Positions 25,919-38,974 of a stretch of 64,000 bases of DNA are shown piece after piece. Below the pieces are notes generated by a model. That model had not been told where the DNA came from. It saw only the letters and a list, made by a program, of their open reading frames with translations, and made no database searches. The DNA lies in contig OX597817.1 of NCBI GenBank assembly GCA_951406725.2, forward strand, positions 57,040,001 to 57,104,000, read 5' to 3'. This stretch comes from Octopus vulgaris. Taxonomy: Eukaryota. Each line of letters opens with the position of its first letter. Within the stretch, counting starts at the first letter, position 1. The translations under genes and the position numbers were made by a program.

Positions 25919-26308
25919 GTATATTTATTGGTGTATATGTATAGACTAGCCTCCTAAAGTGTAGACACGAATCTGTAGGTACGAGTACGTATGTGTATAT
26001 ACGTGAACGTATGTAGATGTTTGTATGTATGAATATAACGCGTGCGTACGTGTATGTGTATGAGTGTACGAATGGGTGAATGTACGTGCTAATGAGTGTG
26101 CGTGCGGGAATGAGTACTTGCCTTCTAGTAGACAGACAAATGGACAAGCAGCTATTGCCAGGATTCTTAGCCTTAGCGATCAAAGATAACAAAAGTAATA
26201 AATGAAGATAATAAAATTAAAATTAGGGAATGGGCCTGTATTGGATTGTATATATATATATATGTATATGTATATTTGTATGTATGTATGTGTGTATGTG
26301 TAGGTATG

Positions 26309-26350
<42 letters not shown>

Positions 26351-26743
26351 GTGTGTAGATATATGTGTATGTGCGTATGTGTGTGTAGATACGTATACAT
26401 GTGTGTATAGGTATAAGTGAGAATCTCCTTATTTACCTATAACTCTATCCCCCCTTTTTTTATATATATATTTTATATATATATTTTATATATATATTTT
26501 TTTATATATTTTTTTATATATATTTTTTATATTTTTTATATTTTTTATATTTTTTATATTTTTTATATTTTTTATTTTTATTCTTTTATTTTATCTTTTT
26601 ATTTTTTTATTTTTTATTTTTTTATTTTTTTTATTACCTTGACCACTCCCCCAAGTATGATATTTTGCGCTATGCCTACCCCCAAAAAGTCCCCCACCAC
26701 CACTCCTCTAAATGTATAAATGCTAATACAATTCTTGTTAAAT

Positions 26744-26794
26744 AGCTTCCTGAAGATTTCTCTTGAATGAAACAGTACTAGTCCTGTAGAAGCT
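26744..26794 (+). ncRNA. Type I hammerhead ribozyme (PLE-associated), right-arm copy
   Basis: AGCTTC-CTGAAGA-T-TTC-TCTT-GAA-T-GAA-ACAG-TACTAGTC-CTGT-A-GAAGCT: stem I 6 bp, CUGANGA and GAAA cores, stem II 3 bp, stem III 4 bp with palindromic ACTAGT loop, GUA cleavage triplet. Confidence 0.8.
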
Positions 26795-26875
26795 CCTTCT
26801 ATATAATAAATTAATTTTACTCTGCTATGTATTGAGTACCTTACTTACTGTGGTTAACCCCGAATCAACCCGGGA

Positions 26876-26925
<50 letters not shown>

Positions 26926-26962
26926 CATACCTATATATATATATATATATATACATACATAC

Positions 26963-27038
<76 letters not shown>

Positions 27039-27084
27039 CATACATACCTATATATATATATATATTATATATATACATACATAC

Positions 27085-27117
<33 letters not shown>

Positions 27118-27280
27118 CATACCTATATATATATATATATATACATACATACCTACATATGTATATATACATGCATATATAGGTACAGGACGTCAAAACA
27201 AACGAGACGGACAACATAAAGAACAATCCCTACTCTTGTTTCAGTCATTTGATGACGGCCACGCTGGAGCACCGCCTTAA

Positions 27281-27348
<68 letters not shown>

Positions 27349-27369
27349 ACAGTTATTTTATTCCACACA

Positions 27370-27942
27370 TAGGAAAATAGAAGTTGAAAATTTAGCGTTG
27401 GTGATGAATTTTTTGAGGAACTCTGAATGCCTTTTACTTTTGATTATTTTGTATATTTCAAATGCTTGTTTCATTCTTGGATCTCGTCTTAGCAGTGGAT
27501 AATATTATAAACCTCTATGTTTCTTGGGTTGTGTGTTGTAATAAAGGTAAGATTATTGGATATATTTGGAGCGTTTTTCGTTCTTCCTAGTTTTTTGGTT
27601 ATTTATTGATGTGGCACGTTCTATTACGTTGTCTATTAACATTGATGGATATTGTCTTTTTAGTAGTACTTTTTTTTAGTTCTTGGTGTCTTTTATTGCG
27701 AATTTCATGGTTTGAGACAATTGTGTAGATTCTTCTTGCTAGATTGAATGGAATATTATTCTTCGTGTGTTTGGGATGGCACGAGGAGAAGAGTAAGAAT
27801 TGTTTACAATCTGTTTATTTGTAGTGACATGGGTTTCTGTGATTTTTATCTCCTTTGCTGATTAGTATATCCAGGAATTGTAGTTGAGTTTTGCTGTATT
27901 CCATGGTAAAGTTAATACCATTGTTTATGCTGTTAAGTTTAT

Positions 27943-27945
<3 letters not shown>
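27370..27945 (-). mobile_element. Penelope/Neptune-type PLE RT/thumb remnant
   Basis: KLNSINNGINFTMEYSKTQLQFLDILI...K*TDCKQFLLFSSCHPKHTKNNIPFNLARRICTIVS...LLKRQYP matches the PLE thumb motif (FTxE...FLD...KPTD...SCHP.H...IP); contains stops. Confidence 0.8.
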
Positions 27946-28031
<86 letters not shown>

Positions 28032-28239
28032 GTATATTTAGGAATGGTCATTTTGCCAGTTTAGCCAATAAAAACACACGCACTATATATTTGGTGTTAA
28101 TTTGCTTCAGCGTTATTTTTTTTTTACATTAATCTTATTTCGGCCAGAGTTCTTTCGTCACACTTCTGTGACCTCACAGTGGTCCTTTGCTTTCTTCTGT
28201 CTTATTTGTGTGTCTCTCCTTACTAACAAATATATAAAC

Positions 28240-28337
<98 letters not shown>

Positions 28338-28338
<1 letters not shown>

Positions 28339-28631
28339 AAGCACATGGCATTGTGGTTAGTGCAGCGGACTCGCGGTCGAGGAGATCGCGGGTTCGAATT
28401 TCAGACCGGATGATGTGTGTGTTTATGAGCGAAACACCTAAGATCCACGCGGCTCCGGCAGAACTTCTGCTGACTCTTTCGCCACAACTTTCTCTCACTC
28501 TTTCCTCCTGCGTGTTGCAGCTCACCTGTGACGGACTGGCGTCCCGTCCAGGTAGGGAACCTATACGCCAAAGGAACCGGGAAACCGGCCTTTATGAGCC
28601 AGGCATAACTCGAGAAGGAACAAACAAACAA
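28338..28631 (+). mobile_element. SINE family C (tail type 2)
   Basis: Family C tRNA head followed by CCTGTGACGGACTGGCGTCCCGTCCAGG...GGAAACCGGCC...ATGAGCC tail ending (ACAA)n. Confidence 0.8.
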
Positions 28632-28906
28632 TATATATATACACATACATACACATACATACACACACATGTAAGATGGTTTGTCGGTCGGTCTTGAATT
28701 AGAAAATCGGAGTATTTCCAATGCAGCGATCAACCCAAACTCAAGGATATCTGCACTCTTGAATTGTAGCTTCAAGGAAGATTGGAATTCTACTGGCGCA
28801 GAAAATCTAGGTACGACAGAAGTAAATCCAATGTGTAGTCTTAGTGAAGAGTGATATATAATCCTTATAAGAATACAAAGAAAGGGTTTCGCTCATTTCA
28901 ATAATC

Positions 28907-30720
28907 AGTAACAATTGTTTCGGTACCGTTCTGTTTTTACGCCATTTCACGCAAAAGTTCCAAGTGAAAAATTACTTATTTGCAGTTTTATACATTTGAA
29001 TGGCACTTCGTCAGACTTCGTCAAGAGGTGCCTTTTTTTATTGTGCGGCTGACAAGCGTTGTATGTTCTTTATATGAGGAGAAAACAATAATTATAAAAT
29101 AGGAATGAAAATGGTGAACTAGCAGACAGAGCTTAGATAATTGTAATACCAAATTAGATAGTATTAGAAGAAGAATTCAATAATTATCTTTATCTGAATA
29201 TTACCGCAAATATTAAGTAATTTTTCACATGGGACTTCAGTATGCAATGGCTTTACGAACAGAGTGGTGCTGAAACAATTGCAACTGGTCATTGAAGATG
29301 TGCTAATCTCTTTGAGTTGGCATTATTTAGACACGTGAGCTAGCAGAATCGTTAGCGCGCTGCACGAAATGCTTAGCGGTATTTCGTCTGCCGTTACGTT
29401 CTGGGTTCAAATTCCACCGAGGTCGACTTTACCTTTCATCCTTTCGGGGTCGATAAATTAAGTACCAGTTACGCACTGGGGTCGATATAATCGACTTAAT
29501 TCGTTTGTCTGTCCTTGTTTGTCCTCTCTGTGTTTAGCCCCTTGTGGGTAGTAAAGAAATAGGTATTTCGCCCGTCGCTACGTTCTGAGTTCAAATTCCG
29601 CCGAGGTCGACTTAGCCTTTCATCTTTTCGGGGTCGATAGAATAAGTACCAGTAAAACACTAGGGTCGATGTAATCGATCAGTCTCCTCCCCAAAAATCT
29701 CAGGCCTTGTTCCTATAGTAGAAAAGTTTATTTAGACACGATGATGTATGGCCTTGATCTTTCCAAAACGCTCTCCTTAACAGCGTGGAGTACACCGTTG
29801 TCCTTCTGTGTCCAGATATTGTCTGCCAGCGTTGTGTTATTCTTTTTGTAGGCGTTCATGATAGAAGATTGATGGTTGTAGTATCTTCATTTGAAGCTAC
29901 TTTCGAACCCTTCAGTGAAATTTTTACCTTCAGTCCCCTTATTTGGCGCAACGGAGATAATCTCAGCATCGTAGAAGACTGTGTTCACCATGCATACCTG
30001 TTCAACTGGGCATATATCAGGGCCCCTGCAGCTGGATTCTGAAGTGAGCTTCTTTGTCGGTCTACGTGGAGTAATGTTTTTTTGTTTTATTATTAGAGCC
30101 GCAGCTCTAAGAAACTTTCATGGAACGTCCATTGAAAATCTTCTTGTATTTTTGCCTATAGAAACGTTTATCTATCAGAGCCGGGAATTTTCTACCTACA
30201 TCAGTCACAACATTTAAGTAGAAAGCGGGCCGAACCATATAACTTTTCTACGCCTAGTTTAAGGCTCGGCTCTTATTTAGGCCGGAGTATATGAGTAGGT
30301 CTTATTACAGTAGGGAGTTACTTTATCTAAAATTTCTTTTGAAGAAAATGAGGCTGAAAATTTCATCAGTTAGGTTCCCTCTAAGGTTTTTTTTTTTTTT
30401 TTTTGAAAACGATAGAATGTGACAAGAATGTTTGTATACACAAGATTTTCGTTTGGCTTTTGGTAGGACTTCTAAGTGTATAAATCTAGGTCTAGGGAAC
30501 CATCTCAGAAGTCAGATTTGTCGCTACAATGATTTTCAGATTTTATACGGAGGAGTTTGATGCCTGTGATATTGTGAATTGAATATTTTATTTTCGAACG
30601 AGATTCTGTGAAATTGTAGCGAAAAACTTCCTGTGAAGTTTTAAAACCTGCTTTAAAAGTAAAAATAACAAACAAGGGAAACCACTCTGATGATATCAAA
30701 TAATCCAGATTTTGAAAAAG
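28907..30720 (-). mobile_element. Older degraded Naiad-like PLE (RT thumb, GIY-YIG, 3' hammerhead) interrupted by a SINE
   Basis: Minus-strand CPVEQVCMVNTVFYDAEI...SFK*RYYNHQSS...NNTTLADNIWTQK...VLERSRPY at ~29745-30015; SLDLDLYT*KSYQKPNENLVY at ~30430-30500; hammerhead-like motif at 28907-29017. Confidence 0.75.
29336..29727 (+). mobile_element. SINE family B (two tandem units) with 13-bp TSD
   Basis: TTATTTAGACACG at 29323-29335 and 29728-29740 flanks two Nin-type cores. Confidence 0.88.
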
Positions 30721-31021
30721 TAAAGATAACGTAGTTATGAGTAGATCTTGTGCTTAAAGCCAATTGGTGAAAACACACACACACACAAATATGCATGTTT
30801 GTCATTATTTGATTTCATTTCAAAATTTCTTGCTAATAAAGAGCCGGTTTCTAACTTAGATCCAACTTCAACAACAGGGCATTTTTATTTGTATGCATGT
30901 ATGTATGTATATTATTTATGTGTATGTAGGCATATAAATCTCATGTACTCGTGTTCGTATTTTTTTGTTGTACACGTTTCATGACGTCCTGTGCCCGCAT
31001 ATGCATATATATATATATATA

Positions 31022-31240
31022 TAACATAAATGTGAAACAAGGTGGAAAAAAGAGTACTCAAATACCAGTGGTAGAGTAATATGCTTTATTTTAAGCAGCA
31101 GAAAATTCAACAAAATCTGTTACTCTGAGTTTCTCGTTGCCGTTCATCAGACAGTTTTTGCTAGAAAAACTGTCTGATGAACGGCAACGAGAAACTGAGA
31201 GTAACAGATTTTGTTGAACTTTCTGCTGCTTAAAATAAAG

Positions 31241-31242
<2 letters not shown>
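31022..31242. mobile_element. Second fold-back PLE-end insertion of the 18725 family, intact CUGAUGA cores
   Basis: Hairpin 31083-31160 vs 31165-31240; arms read CTGT-CTGATGA-ACG-GCAA-CGA-GAAAC-TCAGA-GTA-ACAG; flanked by (TA)n. Confidence 0.78.
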
Positions 31243-32209
<967 letters not shown>

Positions 32210-32253
32210 GAACTTACATATCTACACACACACACATGTATTCTATTAAACCA

Positions 32254-32635
32254 AGGCGGTGAGCTGGCAGAATTGTTAGCACGCTGGACAAAATGCTTAG
32301 CGGCATTTCGCCCCTCCTTACGTTCTGAGTTCAAATTCCGCCGAGGTCGAATTTACCTTTCATACTTTCGGGTCGATAGTATAAGTGCCATTTGAGCACT
32401 AGGGCCGATGTAATCGATTTACTCCTTCTCCCAGAAGTTGCTGGTCCTGTGACAAAATTTGAAACCATTATTATTAAAGGCAGTTCGAAGTTCAAATTCC
32501 ACCGGGGGTCAACTTTACCTTTCATCATTTCGGGGTCGATGTAATAATTACCAGTTGAGCACTGGGGTCGATGTAATCGATTAGGTACCCCACCCCTAAA
32601 ATTCCATGCCTTGTGCCTATAACAGAAAGGATTAT
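32254..32635 (+). mobile_element. SINE family B (one full and one partial unit)
   Basis: GGCGGTGAGCTGGCAGAATTGTTAGC head and two Nin-type cores. Confidence 0.85.
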
Positions 32636-33151
32636 GATATATGAAACCGACGTAGGATAAAAAGTATGGAATCTCGATGACTAGAAACCTTTGCAGCTGG
32701 ACATTGTACTCACAGGATTCATTTGTATTTAAAAGGTTGAAAAGGAACATTTAAGACTATTACTGACGGAATATTTTTAATGGAATTTTACGGTAATTGG
32801 CGAAAGCGTTGCTGTGTTGTAAAATGTTGACTTTCTAACAATATGATTCCGGGTTCAGTCCCACTTAATAGTACATTGAGCAACTGTCTTCTATTATAAC
32901 CTCGGGCTGACCAAAGCCTTGTGAGTTTGGTAGGCAGAAGCCCGTCGTGTGTGTATATAGAAAGATGGATGGATGGATGGATGGATGGATGGATGGATGG
33001 ATGGATGGATGGATGGAGTTAAGCGCAGGTGTTATTCAAATCTTTATACTTCCGACATATGTTTCAAAGAAAACGTTGGTATTATTCCAAAGGGAATATA
33101 ATTATGCAAAACAATGTGATCTTCTCATCGGGGGAAAAAAAGAGATGCAAG

Positions 33152-33472
33152 ACACATCAATAAGCCATTCTAACCGAATGTGATGACTGTATATGATGAA
33201 GGGAACGCTGGCAAGTTACTTTTCATATTCGACCTTTGTCTTCTTACTTTCCACTAAATATATCTATTTCCATGCCTTTAAGCTTTATTCCTATTCATCT
33301 ATCACACTACATTTCTCCTCTCTTGTTTTTCTGCTAATTTCTTTCTCCTTCGCTTTCTCTAAACTGCATTTGATATTAAATCTATTAACGTTTTTGTTTT
33401 AAATAACTTGCCAGCGTTCTCTTCATCATATACGCAGTCGTCGCATTCGGTTAAAATGGCTTATTGATGTGT
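33152..33472. repeat. Fold-back element with ~70-bp inverted arms
   Basis: ACACATCAATAAGCCATT...ATGATGAAGGGAACGCTGGCAAGTTA mirrored by TAACTTGCCAGCGTTCTCTTCATCAT...AATGGCTTATTGATGTGT. Confidence 0.75.
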
Positions 33473-33486
33473 TTCGTAGACCTCTC

Positions 33487-33940
33487 ATGGTTCCAGCAAG
33501 ATGGGGCAACTGCTCATACTGCAAGAGAAACAATGCAGTTGCTATGGAAGTGATCTGGGGAGAGAATAATCTCCCGTTACAGCAAATGTAAACTGGTCTT
33601 CACGTTCCCCAGACTTGAGAAGCCTGGATTTTTTCTTGTGGGGATACCTGAAAGAGAGGGTTTAAGTCACCAAATCAGAGATCCTGGTGTAACTGAAGGA
33701 GAACATCAATAGAGAAATAGAGAAGTGGGGTCTGAAACACTTGAGGGTGTTATGGTGCAAGTTTTAGAAAGACTATGGGTGTGCAGAGCCGTCTTTTTTC
33801 ATATGTGATGTAGTGGTGTTGTTGACTTGTGCATTTTAATTTGCATTATGTCCTTTATATTGTATCAAAATTTCATGCATTTAATTGTAAAGTTAAGGAA
33901 GTTATTAAAAACTGAGACCCATCAGTTCCTTTTAGGACAC

Positions 33941-33945
<5 letters not shown>
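33487..33945 (+). mobile_element. Tc1/mariner transposase 3' remnant
   Basis: WFQQDGATAHTARETM...WSSRSPDLRSLDFFLWGYLKERV (QQDGA and SPDLxPxDFFLWG motifs); TIR-like end TTTTAGGACACCCTG. Confidence 0.85.
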
Positions 33946-33982
<37 letters not shown>

Positions 33983-34687
33983 CGTGTTCTACTACCGCTT
34001 GACAACCCGTATTGGTTTATTTCCGTCGCTGAAAAATAAGTACTTCGCTTTTTAAAAAAACAGTCCTGGAGTCGATTCATCCTACTAAAAATCCTTCGAG
34101 GTTGTGCCCCAGCATGGCCGCAGTCTAATGACTGAAACAAGTAAAAGATAAGAGTAATCTCATTATAAACGTTTGAAAAAAACTGATTTAGTTACAATTT
34201 TTCTATTGTAGCAGATTATTATAAAATGTCTGTTGTGGTATTTCACGTGACTTTGACATGACTTCGTTGTCGTCTGTTTTATTTGAGTTTTAAAAAAAAT
34301 CCCTTTATTCCGATCTTCACATTTGTTTCGTAAAAATTTCCCTTCTGTTTCGTTGTTTTTGTTTTCATTGTGACTTTACCTATTTGGAAAAACAAATAAT
34401 AAAGTAGCCGCTTGTTTCAAAGTCAGGTTTTGTTCAGCTGGTCGGTGATTGCTTGTAACACCACCCCTAACAAGAACAGCAGTTCGATGAAAAATAATTT
34501 TCCGTGGTTCAACTTTCACAATAAAAATTAAATTTCATTCGTCAAGCAAAAGCTAAGGGTTAGAGACGTTGTGGCACGGCCTATTTGGCCCCGCCAATTC
34601 GGTGTTGGATCCATTTGGTATCACAGGTTTTGGTTCTGAAATATTTTGGTGCTGAAAAGAATAGTATTTTTATTCAACCAACTTCTT

Positions 34688-34902
34688 TTATTCTTTTACT
34701 TGTTTCAGTCATTTGAATGTGGCCATGCTGGAGCACCGCCTTTTAGTCGAAGAAATCGACCCCTGGCCTTATTCTTTGTAAGCCTGGAGCTTATTCTATC
34801 GGTTTCTTCTGCCGAAACGCTAAATTGTGGGGATGTAAATACACCAACATCGGTTGTCAAGCGATGGGGGGGAGGGAAACAAGCACAGACACCCATATAA
34901 AT

Positions 34903-34933
<31 letters not shown>

Positions 34934-35105
34934 CATACATACATACGCGATGGGCTTCTTTCAGTTTCTGTCTACCAAATCCACTCACAAGGCTTTGGTT
35001 GGCCTGAGGCTATAGTAGAAGACACTTGCCTAAGGTTCCACGCAGAGGGACTGAACCCAGGACCATGTGGTTGGGAAAGATGCTTCCTACCACACACCCA
35101 CGCCA
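34688..35105 (-). mobile_element. SINE family A
   Basis: Reverse complement of the full family A consensus. Confidence 0.85.
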
Positions 35106-35383
35106 GGAACATTAATCACAACGACTAAACGAAAAATTGGATAAAGTTATATTTTTGATGAATTAGCAAGCGTTACTGAAAGTTTCCCCAGTAAGGGCTA
35201 AGTCGATTACATCGATCCCTCTGTTTAAATGGTACTTAGTTTTATTGATCCCGAAAGAATGAAAGGCGAAGTCGACCTCGGAGGACTTCGAACTTAGAAC
35301 GTAAAGGACGGACGATATATTGCAAAAGATTTTACTCAGCGTTCTAACGAGTCTCTGCCAGTTCGCCGCCTTTGTCACAATTA

Positions 35384-35847
35384 CCGTAAATCCTCGAGTA
35401 TAGTCCGCCCTTGTGTATAATACGCACCTCTTCTCTAACTTGAGTCGTGTGTAATTAAGCCAGCAGCACCTAGTCGAACAAATACTTCCGCGCATGCGTA
35501 ATACAATAATGGTGATGTTCTTAACTGTTATATGGGAATGTAAATATGTTAGCAAATTGTTTTTGTTACATGTTATTCTGTGTTCTGAATACTTTTATTT
35601 TGATAAATGTTGCTTACTGCAAGTTATGGATGATTCTTTTATGACTTCATTGCTTTCAGGCTTAGCTTAGGGTATTTTCGCGCCCGACATCACAAAATGC
35701 GTCTGAATAAACATTGCCGGACAGCAAATAGAGACTCGGACATTGCTTAGAAATTTTTTTCATTTCTAACCTCGTATATAGTACGCACTAGGGATTTTGA
35801 CCTTTAAATTTTGGGGGGAAATGCGGATTATACTCGAGGATTTACGG
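35384..35847. mobile_element. MITE with ~20-bp TIRs and TA TSD (Tc1/mariner-pogo type)
   Basis: TA|CCGTAAATCCTCGAGTATA ... TATACTCGAGGATTTACGG|TA. Confidence 0.85.
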
Positions 35848-36179
35848 TATATGATCTGTGAACATTATCATCTGAGATCAAAGATTTCGACAGATGAGTT
35901 TACTCCAAGATTGCTTGTTTGTTTTTTTATAATATTTATCTCACCTGAGTAGGAGCTAATGAGTTATTTTACTATGTTATAAAACTGCAGTTCAGTGTTG
36001 ACCAGTGTTGAAAATGGAGTCTTTTTTTATGTAGTGGCGGGAACTGTGTGAGTTGTAGCGTAAAATGTATCCGTTGCATGACCAAGTGGTTCTCTTATTT
36101 GTTTGCATTTTGGTATCGTTGTGTAACTAGTCATTGTACGCAGTGGTCAGTGTATGCGGCGGTCGGTGTAGGTAGCCAG

Positions 36180-36545
36180 TGTATCGGGTCTGTGCATGTG
36201 GTCTCTTATATTCAATCCGTTACGATGTTTAGTGCGCCGGTTTCTATTCATTGTCACTTATTTCTGTTGGCTGAATGCGGGTCTTGTGATTGTTCTCAGG
36301 ATATCTCTGCACCGTTTATTAAATGTGATGTTTTGTAGTATCTGATACTTTATGATGTAGTTCTTGTTTTGGTTAATAAGGAGGGAAACACTGGATTCGT
36401 TGTGGTGGAATCAGACTTTTCGGGTTTCTTGGGGATAAATGTGGACCTGGAATCATTGTGTAGCAGTGCCTGGAGAATTAATGATCGATGTGATTGTGAT
36501 GTCATCTGTATGGTGTAATGAGGTCGGCTGTGTATTTCGTGGAAA
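36180..36545 (-). mobile_element. Highly degraded GIY-YIG remnant of a Naiad-like PLE
   Basis: Minus-strand ...NKNYIIKYQILQNITFNKRCRDILR...KHRN loosely resembles the C-terminus of the endonuclease at 22590-22850. Confidence 0.3.
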
Positions 36546-37349
36546 TGTTCTGGAAGCAAAAGACTGAAAACAAAAATGGGCGGAAGGATGGATCCCAAAA
36601 GTATTCCATTCGGGATATTTCAAGCATTTCTTCCGGCTCTTTACGTTCTGCGTTCAAACCCCACCGAGGTCAACTTTGCCTTTCATAAGTTTGAGATCAA
36701 TAAAATAGGCTTCTTTCAGTTTCTGCCTACCAAATCCACTCACAAGACTTTGGTTGGCCCGAGGCTATAACCTAAGACACTTGCCCAAGGTTCCATGCAG
36801 AGGGACTGAACCCAGGACCATGTGGTTGGGAAAGATGCTTCCTACTATGCACCCACGCCAGGAAATTAATGATAACACACACACCAGTCAAGTGCTGGGG
36901 TCGCTGTAATCACCAAATTCCCTCCCCTTAAAACTTACTTTGGACCTTGCAATAGACTGGCGTCCAGTTCAGCAAGGTGTTGTGACTTTGGTCACTTATA
37001 AGCCATGGAAATCAGGTAATTGGCACAATGAGACCAAGGGCTCAAGAAAAAATTTTGTATACACTGTATAAGGAAAACGAAGCAAACACAAAGATGGTCA
37101 CGGCAGGAAAGCCTTTTGATCCTGGATCCATTTGATCAGAACTGGCCTGAAGCTAAACAACATCAGCAGCATCTTCAGAGAAGATGAGATAAAGTGAGAT
37201 GCCACCAATGGATCAAATAAAATGGATGGGTATTTGGTGGAACTGAAGAGGACGATAGAAATGCGAATGGAAAGCGTTGAAATGGAGGAAGTAAAGGTGG
37301 AGTAACATGGCCACCAACGTTGTCCCTGTTTATAGAAAGTATCGAAGAT

Positions 37350-37509
37350 GCAGATGTGGCTGTGTGATAAGAAGTTTGCTTCGCGGCTATATGATTCCGG
37401 GTTCAGTCCCACTGTGTGAGTGACACCTTGGGCAAATGTCTTCTACTATAGCCTCGGGCAGACCAAAACTTTTTCAGTGGATTTGGTAGACGGAAACTGA
37501 AAGAAGCCC

Positions 37510-37552
<43 letters not shown>

Positions 37553-37750
37553 TTGTCTTCCATCACCATTTGACAACTGGTTTTGGTGTGCTTGCGTCCC
37601 CGTAACTTAGCAGTCCAGCAAAAGAAACCAACAGAATACGTAGCAGGCTTAAAAAGTAAGTCTTGGGGTCGATTTGTTTGACTAAAAGATTCTTGAAGGC
37701 ACTGCCCCAGCATGGCCGCAGTCTAATGGCTGAAGCAAGTAAAAGATAAA
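37350..37750 (+). mobile_element. SINE family A
   Basis: Head, body, (GT)n and tail all present. Confidence 0.85.
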
Positions 37751-38974
37751 TGGCCATCACCATGGAAAGATGTCTCCATAGTTTCAGCTGATTTGGGGCA
37801 ACATCGAGGCCCACATCCTGGAAGCTGCATCATAAGATGTATCTTATATATCAAGCTGTCTTGATGAGAGAGCGGGAGGGGAGGAGGGAGAGGGGGAGAG
37901 AAAGAGCGGGAGGGAAGGGGAGGAGGAGAGAGGGAGAGACAGAGGGAGGTGAGAGAAAAGTAAGAGGAGGATGAGAAAGAGAAAGATAATCGACGAGCGT
38001 CGATATTCGTTATCGATTCTCTCTCTCTCTCTCTCAACACTGAACTATAGATTGTAGACTGGACAGCAAGGGAGGAAGGAAGAGGTGGAGGAGGAGGAGG
38101 AAGTTGGAGAGAAATGATTGATTTTTTTTTATCTTTTACTTGTTTCGATTAACCCCATGACAACGGTTTTATATTTTATCGGGTAACTAAGTTGCGCTGA
38201 CGGTAATCATCTCGGCTGGGATCAGCAAATTAGCGCACGACATCGGTTCGGTGTATATTTTACGTTAACCCCTTTAAAGTATGCGCTGTTTATGTAAATT
38301 GTAATCACTGAGAAAAACTGTAAATTCAACGGGACTGCCGTGGCTGGATGCGACTGTTAATTCCGTGAAGGAGCAGCTGTAGACAATCCTGTAAGCAATA
38401 GTTCTTCTCTTTCTTGGTTTTTCATTGGTTGGTTTCCAAAATCAAGCTGCCAGCCAGAAATACATATTAGTTGCATTCCTTTTTCGTTTTGTAGCAACAT
38501 TGAGTCCATTAAATAACTTGTACGAATTTGATAGGAAGTCGTAGTGGAAATGGTGGTGTGACCAGCAAAACCGCTGCTTTTAAAAAACAGGAAATTTAGT
38601 ACAGTTTATGAAAAAACAGTTGTTAAAAGAAACATTGTTAAAACAGAACGAAAACATGAATGTTAGATGTTGTGCTCAAACTGCTTTCCGTGGTCAGCTG
38701 CACAACGACGTAGATAGTCAAGTTCTAACTTCCAGTCGTCCTTTGGATGACTGCAAGCGGATATTGGTCTGAGCTTCCACCAACAACAGTTTTTAAGGAT
38801 TGTATGTCTGTCCTTTCTCCTCTGGAATTGAAGTTGATGTAACGGTAAACCCTACATGGTAGAATCCATTGTTATGTTAGTTAATTTTTTTAGTTAATTA
38901 ATAAAGTAAAATACGGTAAAATATATGGTAAAAATACATGTGTCAAATACATAATGTAAATCTAAAATTTCCTG

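Larger units (their letters stand above)
19669..26880 (-). mobile_element. Penelope-like retroelement (Naiad-like), 5'-truncated, with ~3-kb inverted terminal duplication
   Basis: Left arm 19669-22675 is the reverse complement of right arm 23778-26811; the centre encodes RT and GIY-YIG; a hammerhead sits at the outer end of both arms; an extra ~70-nt tail follows only the right arm (26812-26880). Confidence 0.88.

Noticed and set aside
29745-30015. In-frame TGA in a Naiad-like endonuclease as possible selenocysteine
   Set aside because: The TGA falls at a non-Cys position (SFK*RY) in a copy with many other lesions, no SECIS is recognisable, and the young copy has no in-frame TGA.
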